A stretch of 58,043 bases of DNA from contig JBDRDI010000039.1 in NCBI GenBank assembly GCA_043820875.1, positions 1-58,043 on the forward strand. The letters run 5' to 3'. Each line of letters opens with the position of its first letter. The first letter of the stretch is position 1. Both the position numbers and the translations under genes were made by a program. This stretch comes from a bacterium. GTDB taxonomy: Bacteria; Patescibacteriota; Patescibacteriia; Patescibacteriales; UBA12075. A model generated the notes under the pieces. The model had not been told where the DNA came from and did not search any database. It saw nothing but the letters and a program-made list of their open reading frames with translations. Below, piece after piece: positions 27,834 to 38,100 of this stretch.

Positions 27834-30068
27834 ATGAATTTAATCATTGTCGAATCCCCCACCAAGGCAAAAACCATTGCAAAATTTTTGGGAAAAGAAT
27901 ACAAGGTAGAATCTTCTTTCGGGCATATCCGTGATTTGGAAAAGAAAAATATGGGTATTGATATAAAAAATAATTTCAAGCCCAAATATATTGTTCCGAC
28001 CAAATCCAAAAAAATCGCTGCCAAACTGAAAGATGAAGCGCGTAAAGCCGATGAGGTAATACTTGCTCCCGATGAAGACCGCGAGGGCGAAGCCATTGCT
28101 TGGCATTTGTCGGAAATTTTGAAGCTTGATGAATCAAAAACCAAAAGAATTGTTTTCCATGAAATAACCAAAAATGCCATTACCGAGGCGCTCAAAAATC
28201 CGCGTCATATTGACATGGGCATGGTTGACTCTCAACAAGCGCGGCGCATCTTGGACCGCTTGGTCGGCTTTGAGCTTTCACCATTTTTGTGGAAAAAAAT
28301 TTCTTATGGCTTGTCAGCCGGACGCGTTCAAAGCGTTGCCGTACGTTTGATTGTGGAGCGCGAACGAGAAATTCAAGCCTTTAAGCCGGACGAATATTGG
28401 ACTATCGAAGCGGAATTTAATCAGAAAGATGGTAAACAAAAATTTGAAGCAAAACTGAATAAATCAAACGGAAAAACAATTGAAAAATTGGAAATAAAAA
28501 CACAAAAACACGCGGATGAAATATTAAAAAAATTAAATGGCGCAAAATATATTGTATCAGAAACAAATCGGAAAGAAATAAAAAAGAAAACGCCATCGCC
28601 GTTCACAACTTCAACTCTTCAACAGACAGCCAACAACATGCTCGGATTTTCAGCCAAACAAACCATGATGATTGCCCAACAGCTCTATGAAGGACTTGAT
28701 TTGGGCGGAGAATCAGGAGGGCTCATAACCTACATGAGAACTGATTCAATGAATTTGTCGGAAAAATTTTTAAACGAAAGCCAAAACTATTTAAAAGAAA
28801 AAATCGGCGAAAATTACGCGCTTGACAAGCCACGCCGATTCAAAACAAAATCAAAAAGCGCACAAGAAGCGCACGAAGCGATCAGACCGACAGAAGTTTG
28901 GCGTGATCCGGAGTCTTTGAAAGAAAAATTAAATCCGCGCCAATATAGATTATATAAATTGATTTGGGAGCGAACACTCGCGAGCCAGATGCCGGAAGCG
29001 ATTATGGATAATACCGCGGTGGATATTGACGCCGAAAATACAGCCTATCAATTCCGCGCGAACGGACAAATCTTGAAATTTGACGGTTATTTAAAAATAT
29101 ATCCGGAAAAAAGCAAAGAAACAATTTTACCTGAATTAAAAACAAACGAATCTCTTGATTTGGAAGATTTAAAAAACACTCAACATTTTACTCAGCCGCC
29201 CGGGAGATATTCCGACGCGACGCTCGTCAAGGTTTTGGAACAACACGGTATCGGCCGTCCTTCCACGTACGCACCGACCATTGCCACGATTGAATCCCGC
29301 AATTATACAGAGAGAGATGATAATAAAAAATTAAAGCCAACGGAAATCGCTTTCATCGTGGTGGATTTGCTTGTCAAACATTTTCACGATATTATTGATT
29401 ATAAATTCACGGCCGAGATGGAAGAAAAACTGGACAAAATAGCCGATAAAGAAAATAAATGGCAAGAAATAATTCGAGATTTTTATTTTCCTTTCCATGC
29501 CAACTTGGAAAAAAAAGATAAAGAAATAAATAAAAAAGATATTATGAAAGAAGAAAAAACAAAAGAGATTTGCGAAAAATGCGAATCTCCCATGATTATC
29601 AAAACCGGCCGTTACGGAAAATTTTTGGCTTGCTCAAATTATCCTGAATGCAAAAACATTAAAAGCTTGGATGGAGAAAATAAACCCGACCCGGAAAAAG
29701 ACAAAGAACTTGCGGCCTTGCGCGAAAAATATAAAAACGAAGTTTGTGAAAAATGCGGTTCAGCAATGGAAATTAAAAACGGCAAATTTGGACTTTTTCT
29801 TGCTTGCTCCGGATATCCAAAGTGCAAATCAATAAAAAACATCAAAGAGAATAATCACGGCACCGGTATAAAATGCCCGAATTGCGAAAAGGGAGAAATC
29901 GTTCAGAAAAAAAGCCGGCATGGAATATTCTACGGCTGTGATCAATATCCGGAATGTAAAACCGCTTTTTGGGGGAAACCGACCGGAGAAAAATGCCCAA
30001 CCTGCGACGCGTTAATGATTGAAGGAAAAAACGGCAACAAATGCTCAAACAAGGAATGCGGAAAATAA
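27834..30068 (+). CDS. topA: DNA topoisomerase I with C-terminal Zn-ribbon repeats
   Basis: MNLIIVESPTKAKTI; GHIRDL; PDEDREGEAI; RRILDRLVG; SAGRVQS; ITYMRTDS (catalytic Tyr); GIGRPSTY; several C..C Zn ribbons. Confidence 0.97.
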   Translation: MNLIIVESPTKAKTIAKFLGKEYKVESSFGHIRDLEKKNMGIDIKNNFKPKYIVPTKSKKIAAKLKDEARKADEVILAPDEDREGEAIAWHLSEILKLDESKTKRIVFHEITKNAITEALKNPRHIDMGMVDSQQARRILDRLVGFELSPFLWKKISYGLSAGRVQSVAVRLIVEREREIQAFKPDEYWTIEAEFNQKDGKQKFEAKLNKSNGKTIEKLEIKTQKHADEILKKLNGAKYIVSETNRKEIKKKTPSPFTTSTLQQTANNMLGFSAKQTMMIAQQLYEGLDLGGESGGLITYMRTDSMNLSEKFLNESQNYLKEKIGENYALDKPRRFKTKSKSAQEAHEAIRPTEVWRDPESLKEKLNPRQYRLYKLIWERTLASQMPEAIMDNTAVDIDAENTAYQFRANGQILKFDGYLKIYPEKSKETILPELKTNESLDLEDLKNTQHFTQPPGRYSDATLVKVLEQHGIGRPSTYAPTIATIESRNYTERDDNKKLKPTEIAFIVVDLLVKHFHDIIDYKFTAEMEEKLDKIADKENKWQEIIRDFYFPFHANLEKKDKEINKKDIMKEEKTKEICEKCESPMIIKTGRYGKFLACSNYPECKNIKSLDGENKPDPEKDKELAALREKYKNEVCEKCGSAMEIKNGKFGLFLACSGYPKCKSIKNIKENNHGTGIKCPNCEKGEIVQKKSRHGIFYGCDQYPECKTAFWGKPTGEKCPTCDALMIEGKNGNKCSNKECGK

Positions 30069-30091
30069 AAAAATAAAAAAATAAATTAAAA

Positions 30092-30123
30092 AAATACCGC
30101 CGGTAAAAAACCGACGGTATTTA
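30092..30123. terminator. Probable bidirectional intrinsic terminator
   Basis: AAATACCG-C-CGG-TAAAAAA-CCG-A-CGGTATTT between convergent genes. Confidence 0.7.
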
Positions 30124-30137
30124 TATTCAAATAATTT

Positions 30138-30437
30138 CTACTTTTTATTTCTCTTCTTCTTACCATTTTCCGAATAATTTCGTGCGACTTCCACGAGCTT
30201 TTTCACGCCCTCGCCAATCAAAAGAAGATAAGAAGCGCTATGATCTATTTTGTCGTGAATTTTTTTAATAACTTCATCGATCTTTTTCATTCTCTCGCGC
30301 AAGCCCTTTATGGCCAAAAATCCTTGCCTTAAAATTTGCGCGAAATAAAATATTGACCAACATATAAAGACCGCAATTCCAAAAATTGAAAAAGCGATTG
30401 ATAAATTTAAAATGTCTTTTGATGTTTCTATTATCAT
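30138..30437 (-). CDS. Small hypothetical membrane protein (one TM plus coiled-coil tail)
   Basis: Hydrophobic LSIAFSIFGIAVFICWSIFYFAQIL; co-oriented downstream of pheT. Confidence 0.7.
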   Translation of the reverse strand: MIIETSKDILNLSIAFSIFGIAVFICWSIFYFAQILRQGFLAIKGLRERMKKIDEVIKKIHDKIDHSASYLLLIGEGVKKLVEVARNYSENGKKKRNKK

Positions 30438-30441
30438 AAAT

Positions 30442-32871
30442 TTAGAAATCTCTTATTTGCGCGCCGAATTTTTCTTCCAGTTTTTTAATCAATCTTCCTT
30501 GAATTTCGTCCACTTCTTCGGCAGTCATGGTTTTATTTGTTTGATAAACAATATGAAAAGCCATGCTTTTTAAGCTCTTGCCTACCTTGTCACCTTCATA
30601 AATATCAAACAATTCGGCTTGCTTTATATACTCGTGAAAGTTTAATATTTCTCTTCTAATATCATTATACAATACTTTTTCATTTATGACAAAGGATAGG
30701 TCGCGTCCGGACGATGGAAATTTTAAAAATGCCTGAAATTTCTTTTCACCGGCGGCACGAATCGCTTTATTAAATTCCGTTAAACTAATCTCAACCACAG
30801 CCGCGCTTTTTTTAATGCCGTTCTTTTTGGCAATCGCGGATGAAAGAGAATAAACAAAACCAATTACCATTTGACCCGAGTTAACTTGTGCCGATTGACG
30901 CCCATCCGCCCAACCGGGAATATTTTCCGTAATATTAAATTCCAAATTTAAATTAAAACTTTCTCCAAGAAGCATAACTATCCCCTTGGCTTTATCAAAA
31001 GTTTCTCTTGCATTTTCTCCCGCGGAAACAACTCCCAAACGTTTTTCTTGATATGGCAAATTTTCGTTATCATGATCTCTTTTTTTCAATTCTCCATCTA
31101 TGGGCAAATACACGAAGCCGATTTCAAAAAAGGAAAATTCTTCATAACGCGCTTGATTTATTTTTATGTTGCCAAACAAATTCACAGCCATTGTTTGCCG
31201 TAAAAGCGATTGGTGCGAAGCAATCGGGTTTGCCAAACGAATATGAGAAGAAAAATCAACTCCCAATTTTTCCAGTTGATCTTCGCCCACAAAAGAATAA
31301 TTGTAAACTTCGGTAAGGCAAGCGCCAAGCGACAATAAATTTTTTATTTTCCTCTCCACTTCTCTTTCATTATTTGATAACGGCGCTTTCATTTCCACTC
31401 TAGGCATAACCGGAACCAAATTATCATATCCATAAATTCTGGTTATCTCTTCTATCAAGTCTTCCTTGATTGAAATATCTTTGGTTGCCCGCCAAGAAGG
31501 AACAATAATATTCAAAATATTATCTTTATTTTCCACTTCAAACCCCAAACTTTCCAAAGTTTTTATAATCCTCTTTTCCTCTACATCTTCGCCAATAATT
31601 TTTTTCACTAAGTTTAAATCCAATTCAATCGGGTCTTGATTTAATTTAAAATTTTTCTCGTCAGCGATTTCACTCTCAATCCGCGCGTTCGGAATTATCT
31701 TTTTTATCAATCCAGCGGCCAAGAGCATTGCTTCTTCGCATAAATTCGGATCCAAAAATTTTTCAAACCTAACCGATGATTCTGTGCGAAGACCCAATTT
31801 TTGGGAAGCTATCCTGATTGATGTGCTGTTAAAATTCGCTGATTCCAAAACAATGCTATCGGTTTCTTCGTTTATCCCGCTGTCTTCACCGCCCATTACG
31901 CCGGCGATAGCCAAAGGAAGTTTTTTATTGGCAATTAAAATCACTCCGTTGTCCAATTCTCTTTTTTGACCGTCCAGGGTGATGAAGTTTTCTCCTTTTT
32001 TAGCCTTACGGACAATAATCTCCGCTTCTTTTTCTTCGCCAAAAACCGTTCTTTTATCAAAAGCGTGCATTGGCTGGCCAAGTTCCAACATGACATAATT
32101 GGTAATATCCACGATGTTGTTGATTGGCTTCATTCCAACCGCAATCAATCTTTTTTGCATCCAATCCGGCGAAGGGGCGACTTTGATTCCACCAATACTT
32201 AAGGCCATATATCTTGGACAAAGAGAAGCGTCTTCAACTTTTATTTTTATCTTATTCTGAATATCTTTCTCTTTTGATTTTATTTCACTCTTGTCCCACA
32301 CTTTAAATTTTGTATTTAAAAAAGCCGCTATTTCACGCGCCATGCCAACATGACCCCAGAGATCCGGCCGATTGGTAATGGATTTATTATCCACTTCAAA
32401 AATAATATCATCATATCCCAAATAATCTCCGAAAGATTGTCCAACTTTTCCGCTTTGCAAAATCATTATTCCGGAATGATCATTTCCCAAACCAAGTTCA
32501 TCTTCGGCGCAAATCATACCGCAAGAAATTTCGCCTCGTACTTCCGCCTTTTTAATTTCCGCACCCCCTGGAAGAATTGTTCCAATCGTAGCGACCGGCA
32601 CTGTTTGCCCCTCTTCAATGTTGGACGCTCCGCAAACAACATCCAAAACTTCTGACCTGATATCAACTCGTACCAATTTTAAACGATCGGAATTGGGATG
32701 TTCTTTTATTTCCAAAATTTTTCCAACAACAATACCATCAAATTTGTTTTTTTGTTCAATAACACTATCTATCTCCACCGTGTGCATCGTGAGCTTTAGG
32801 CCCAATTCTTCGGAAGAAATATTTTTTGGAATATCCAGAAAATCTTTTAACCAATTCAAACTTAAATACAT
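30442..32871 (-). CDS. pheT: Phenylalanine--tRNA ligase beta subunit
   Basis: MYLSLNWLKDF; HPNSDRL; VVCGASN; RGEISCGMICAEDELG; NRPDL; INNIVDITNYVMLELGQPMHAFD; VPSWR..KDI; RDLSF. Confidence 0.97.
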   Translation of the reverse strand: MYLSLNWLKDFLDIPKNISSEELGLKLTMHTVEIDSVIEQKNKFDGIVVGKILEIKEHPNSDRLKLVRVDIRSEVLDVVCGASNIEEGQTVPVATIGTILPGGAEIKKAEVRGEISCGMICAEDELGLGNDHSGIMILQSGKVGQSFGDYLGYDDIIFEVDNKSITNRPDLWGHVGMAREIAAFLNTKFKVWDKSEIKSKEKDIQNKIKIKVEDASLCPRYMALSIGGIKVAPSPDWMQKRLIAVGMKPINNIVDITNYVMLELGQPMHAFDKRTVFGEEKEAEIIVRKAKKGENFITLDGQKRELDNGVILIANKKLPLAIAGVMGGEDSGINEETDSIVLESANFNSTSIRIASQKLGLRTESSVRFEKFLDPNLCEEAMLLAAGLIKKIIPNARIESEIADEKNFKLNQDPIELDLNLVKKIIGEDVEEKRIIKTLESLGFEVENKDNILNIIVPSWRATKDISIKEDLIEEITRIYGYDNLVPVMPRVEMKAPLSNNEREVERKIKNLLSLGACLTEVYNYSFVGEDQLEKLGVDFSSHIRLANPIASHQSLLRQTMAVNLFGNIKINQARYEEFSFFEIGFVYLPIDGELKKRDHDNENLPYQEKRLGVVSAGENARETFDKAKGIVMLLGESFNLNLEFNITENIPGWADGRQSAQVNSGQMVIGFVYSLSSAIAKKNGIKKSAAVVEISLTEFNKAIRAAGEKKFQAFLKFPSSGRDLSFVINEKVLYNDIRREILNFHEYIKQAELFDIYEGDKVGKSLKSMAFHIVYQTNKTMTAEEVDEIQGRLIKKLEEKFGAQIRDF

Positions 32872-32876
32872 ATGTT

Positions 32877-33899
32877 TTAAATAAAAAATCTTAAATCACC
32901 GCTATTAAAAAGCCGGATATCTTCAACCCCATACTTCATCATGGCCAGACGGGTAAGACCAAGTCCAAAAGCAAAACCGGAATATTTTTTTGAATCTATA
33001 CCACCGTATTTCAAAACATTGGGATGAACCATGCCGGCAGGAAAAATTTCCAACCAACCACTATGTTTACAAGCCGGGCATTTTGCGCCATTGCAAATTG
33101 TGCATTTAATATCCATTTCTATTGCCGGCTCCACAAAAGGAAAAAAGCCGGGTCGGATTCTTGTTTCCATTTCTTTCTTAAATATTTTATTAATCAATTC
33201 TTTCATCACGGAAATCATGTTGGCAATGGAAACATCTTCGTCAATCATCAATCCTTCCATCTGATAAAAAGTATGCTCGTGGCAAGCGTCAGTCGCTTCA
33301 CATCTGAATGTTCGACCCGGCGAGACGCATCGCAAAGGCGCGCCGTATTTTTGCATAGCACGAACCTGCACCGGCGAAGTATGCGGACGCATAACCATGT
33401 CGCACTGACCGGATTTATTTTTTGCGTCAATATAAAAAGTATCCTGCATGTCGCGCGCCGGATGATTGGGCGGAATATTCAAGGCTTCAAAACAAAAGTA
33501 ATCACTCTCCAGTTCAGGTCCGTCCAACACCATAAATCCCATGTCAGAAAACAAATCTTCCAGTTCGTTCTGCAATTTGGTGATCGGGTGCAGATGGCCG
33601 GCAACAATTTTTTCACCCGGCAAAGTCACGTCCGTAAAAGAGCTTTGTTGTCCCGACTTTTCAATTAAATTTTCCGCTTCCTTGAATTTCAAGGCCAAAT
33701 CGCTTTTTATTTCATTGGCCAACTGGCCAATTTCTTTTTTTTCCTCTTCTTTCAATTCTTTAATGCTTCGCAAAATTTGAGTAAGCTCTCCTTTTCTGCC
33801 AAAATATTTCACTTCCAATTCACGCAAAGCGGAAAGGTCGCGAACACTGGACAATTGATCCGATATTTCTTGTCTTAATTTATTTAATTTATTCTGCAT
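32877..33899 (-). CDS. pheS: Phenylalanine--tRNA ligase alpha subunit
   Basis: DVTLPG; GHLHP; HPARDMQDTFY; RPHTSPVQ; FYQMEGL; RPGFFPFVEP; GFAFGLGLTRLAM. Confidence 0.98.
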   Translation of the reverse strand: MQNKLNKLRQEISDQLSSVRDLSALRELEVKYFGRKGELTQILRSIKELKEEEKKEIGQLANEIKSDLALKFKEAENLIEKSGQQSSFTDVTLPGEKIVAGHLHPITKLQNELEDLFSDMGFMVLDGPELESDYFCFEALNIPPNHPARDMQDTFYIDAKNKSGQCDMVMRPHTSPVQVRAMQKYGAPLRCVSPGRTFRCEATDACHEHTFYQMEGLMIDEDVSIANMISVMKELINKIFKKEMETRIRPGFFPFVEPAIEMDIKCTICNGAKCPACKHSGWLEIFPAGMVHPNVLKYGGIDSKKYSGFAFGLGLTRLAMMKYGVEDIRLFNSGDLRFFI

Positions 33900-33905
33900 A
33901 TTAAC

Positions 33906-34328
33906 TTATCTTTGTTTATAACTTAATAAAAAAAATTCCAATATGGAAATTCCGGCCACCAAAAATAATAAATTCACCCAGGAAAACAAACCCCTTTCTT
34001 GCAAAAACAAACTCGCAATTAAGAGTAATGAAAACAAGAAAGACTGCCGAAACGCTTCTTTGACCGAATGAAAAGCCAATATTTGATGCCGACCGCCGCC
34101 ATCCTCTTCTTCTGAAGCTTCATAACGAGGCGAAAATATTACGAACCTGGCCGTAAAACCGATAATCGCGGCAGTACCAACGATGGACAGATAAAGCGAA
34201 ATATAAAACATCACCAAACCAATCCAATTCGTTTCTTCCGGATTAATGGTAAAAAGGACATAAATCCAGGCCAACCAACAAATTATGGTCATAAAAACCA
34301 TTATTTTTAAATACGAACCAAGGGTCAT
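33906..34328 (-). CDS. Four-TM hypothetical membrane protein with a polar insert in a loop
   Basis: Four hydrophobic segments; polar insert SPRYEASEEEDGGGRHQ before AFRQ. Confidence 0.7.
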   Translation of the reverse strand: MTLGSYLKIMVFMTIICWLAWIYVLFTINPEETNWIGLVMFYISLYLSIVGTAAIIGFTARFVIFSPRYEASEEEDGGGRHQILAFHSVKEAFRQSFLFSLLLIASLFLQERGLFSWVNLLFLVAGISILEFFLLSYKQR

Positions 34329-34377
34329 AATTTTTAAATAATACTTTTTTCCACTCTAACACTAAAAAAAACAAAAA

Positions 34378-35157
34378 TCAATTGGAATCAGCAATTGACT
34401 CGCAAGCCTGCTTTATTTCCTCGTCTGTAATGTTTGTGCAAAGCTTCGCGTCTTTGTTTTTTTGAACTTCATTAAAATAATATTGATTGAAGCAAATATT
34501 TTGGTTTTCTTTATCTTGAAGCTTCGCGCAATTTTCTTTACTCGTTAAAAGCAAGACTATGCAAGAATTTTTTAATCCGGAAACTAATTTTTCGCAAGCC
34601 ATAATATCTTTGTTCGCCTTGGCCATTTCATAATTTATCCAGTTTAAACAGTCATTTTTTACCTCCTCGTCCTTTATGTTTTTGCAAAGAGTTTCATCTT
34701 TATTTTCTATCGCAATATTTTTAAGACAGAGATCTGTGGCATCAATTTTGGGCATTTCCAAACATTTATCGCCTGTTTTTTCTTTCTTGGCCGCCGCATA
34801 AAGCTCTTCATTTTTTTGAAATTCCGCCGTAGCTATTTTTCGCTTTTCACTGTCCTCCGCGACCGCGATAGCATCTTCTTGAAAAGATCCGTTGACAAGC
34901 ACGTCGCAAAGTTTATTTAAATCCACTTTCATTCTCTCGGACAATTCTTTTTTGTCAGCCAAACACTTTTCCATGTTAAGTTCTTTTTTCTTTTTTTCTT
35001 CTAAAACGTTTTGAGAATTTTCTCCTGTTTTAATAGACTCTTTGTTTTTTATTATTTTAACTTGTCCTGTTTTATCCAAATAATAAAAAACACCGGCGCC
35101 AAAAACAAGAACGGCTAGAAAAACAATAATTGCGGTGATAATATTTTTTTTAGGCAT
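34378..35157 (-). CDS. Membrane-anchored protein with tandem two-Cys helical repeats
   Basis: N-terminal TM; repeats C-x9-11-C such as CLEMPKIDATDLC, CKNIKDEEVKNDC, CAKLQDKENQNIC, CTNITDEEIKQAC. Confidence 0.7.
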   Translation of the reverse strand: MPKKNIITAIIVFLAVLVFGAGVFYYLDKTGQVKIIKNKESIKTGENSQNVLEEKKKKELNMEKCLADKKELSERMKVDLNKLCDVLVNGSFQEDAIAVAEDSEKRKIATAEFQKNEELYAAAKKEKTGDKCLEMPKIDATDLCLKNIAIENKDETLCKNIKDEEVKNDCLNWINYEMAKANKDIMACEKLVSGLKNSCIVLLLTSKENCAKLQDKENQNICFNQYYFNEVQKNKDAKLCTNITDEEIKQACESIADSN

Positions 35158-35160
35158 ATG

Positions 35161-38100
35161 TTAATTGCAATTTTTACAATAATTTATTACCGGATCGTAC
35201 ACTGTAATTTTACCGTCAGAATCGGGATTTACGATCATCACTGTCCACTGCCAAGAATCTGAACAAATTTTAGAAGAAACTGAAAATTCTCCGGTTTGCA
35301 TTCCCGGTATGGCTTGAGCTGTAAAATAATCTGTGACAAAAGATTCTACAAGACCGACGCCAATATTAATCTCTCCGCTTGGAACATCCAAAACATTTCC
35401 AGTTATGGCTCCCAAAACATCCTCAATCTGTGAAGCAGTGCTGACCCATGCATATTCTTCATTATCACAATTATTACCACCAGCGCTGGACCAATCGCAC
35501 ATTGCGATTTTTAAAGCGCTATTGTTTACGGCGGCTCCGTAAGCGATTGTATATATATCAATACCGCTTGCTTTTATTTCATCTACCGTATTTACCGGAT
35601 CTTCAGCCGGTAATGGGTTGGGCTCACCATCCGTAAGCATAACAATAGCCCTGTTCGACATACTAATGGTCTCATCTCTACCAAAAAATGCTTGCGCGTA
35701 TTGGAAAGCGGAGTTTGTCGGTGTGGCGCCACTGGCTGTATAGGTATCAATTTCAGTCAATAAACCTTCCAAGGAAGAAGCATTTAACGGAGCGCCAGAA
35801 TAATACCATCCAACCGAACTGCCGAAATCCACCAATCCAATATAAACAGTATCCAAATTCCATTGTCTGGTTTGCACATATAAACCGGTAATAATTTCCT
35901 TTAAAGCATCTTTAACACTTTGTAAAGATCCGGACATACTTCCGGAAACATCAGTAACAAAAATAATACCGGTCGTCTCTTGCGCCGGAATCACTTCAAA
36001 CTGGAACGAGCCTTTATATGGCAAATAACCTTCAATCGCTTCCGGACCGGAATCAAGCACTTTCCGGCAAGGCGGAAAATTCATTACCGTCATCATGCTA
36101 AAGCCTGCTGAAGCCGGATCATAATAAAAAGTATGAGATGATGATTTGTTATTTTGAAAATCAGCTGGGTTATTACTGTCCAATAACACTGAATTATCAG
36201 AAAAAGCCAAGGGTCTGCTTTCGTATCCATCACCATTTATTCCGGGGCAAGACCGGCGGCAATCATTGCCACAACAATCACTGTTATTCATGTTCCCGTC
36301 GTCGCATTCTTCGCCATAATTCGTTTGGGTTACACCGTCGCCGCACCAACCACTTACAGAGTGACATTGGCTGTCGCACTGATATTGATCAACAATACTT
36401 GCGCCATCTCCATCGGATTCGCATTGTTCGCCATAATTCGTTTGAATTGAAGAATCTCCGCACCAACCACCTTCCCATAAACAATTGCGACATTTATATT
36501 GGTCATATTCACTTGTTCCTCCGCCTTTGCCGTCTTTGGTGCCAAAAATATCGCACTTTTCATTAAAATTCCAAACGTTGCCGCCCGCGTCAGCATTATT
36601 TTCATCCTGCACCATACCGTCTCCACAATATCCACCACGCCAAGAGCAGGTGCCAAGACAGTTGCCGGAACCTACCGGACACTCTGGAATTAAAGTCGGG
36701 ATGCTTAAGTTACTGCACCAATATTGTCTGGTTGGTCCGGAATCGGCCGGAGAAACAGCCACGCCATCTGCGCCGTCGCATTGTTCTTGACCATTGCCGC
36801 TTGGTCCGCCTCTTCCTTCTGAGTTCGGATTTTGCACTTTATTGTCTCCGCAATAACTATCAACTTTCAAATTCCAATTTACTTGACCGCGCGCGCCCAA
36901 ATTATCTTCAACCGTAATGGCAATATTGTATTGGCCCGCTTTTGTCGGCGCGCCGTGTATTGTTCCCGGAATTTTTACCAAAGGATTATTGGAAATGGCG
37001 ATACCGTCCGGAAAAACATTGGCAAAAGCGAAAGTTGATTGGTTGATTGATTGGCCGGAATCAGGATCCCAGGCGCTGACTTTGCATTCCGAGCTCAAAT
37101 TCTGTCCGGCGCGAACAACACTTGGACAGCCACTGACATTCAATGCCGGTGGATTGTTAAATACTCTAAAATTAATTTGTTTTGAAGAAACCGCGCCCAA
37201 TGCGTCTTTAACATAAAGAGTGGAAACATAATCTTTGTATGTGGCTATTTTTTCAATCGGCGTGCCAACCAGTCTTACAATCAATTCATTGCCGACAATC
37301 TCGGATGTAAAAGAAATACCGTTATTTAATATTGGGCTATGTTCCCAGTTGATGTCGTTCGTAATTACCGCCCTACCTCCACTTCTGGCTCTGGCTACCT
37401 CAATTCCCGGGTCGGCTATGGCGGAACCAACCAAGAGCGGATTTATTTTTTTGACTTCAATAATCGGCGCTGTATTGGAGAACGTGATGGAAAATGTTTT
37501 GTGCGAAACAGCATTATTTTGATCATGAAAAGCAATATCAAAAGTATAAGAAAAATTATCTTGAATAATAAATAATGCGGGATTCCACTCAAATTGGTAA
37601 AAACATCTATTATTATTTTGGTCACAATCAGACGAAACAAAACCAAGCCCAGTATTTACTAAACTCGTATATACATATCCATTATTACAATTTGGATGTT
37701 CACCGGAAAGACAACGAAAACTGTCAAAATTTGCGATTGGATCCGTAAAATTCAAATCGGAATCTTCCACCACCACTTGATACGAAGCTGTTTGAGACGG
37801 GTCAGCCGTAAAAAATTGATCATTAATCATTATTTTCGGTCCGGCATTGGAAATTGTAATTGAAAAAGAAAGGTTTAAAATTTCACCGCGGCCGTCATTA
37901 ATCTGAACCGTAAATTCATAAACACCGACATTCCCGGCTTTGGACGCATGTATTTCTTTTTGGTTTATGTTATTGGTATCGCGGAAAACAACGTCTTGCC
38001 AAGAACCCCAATCACCAATCGGAGCAAAGTTAGACCAAATTAATTTGTCTCCGTCAGGGTCAATCGCTTCAATAAATCCTGAGTATTCTTTTCCTGGCGA

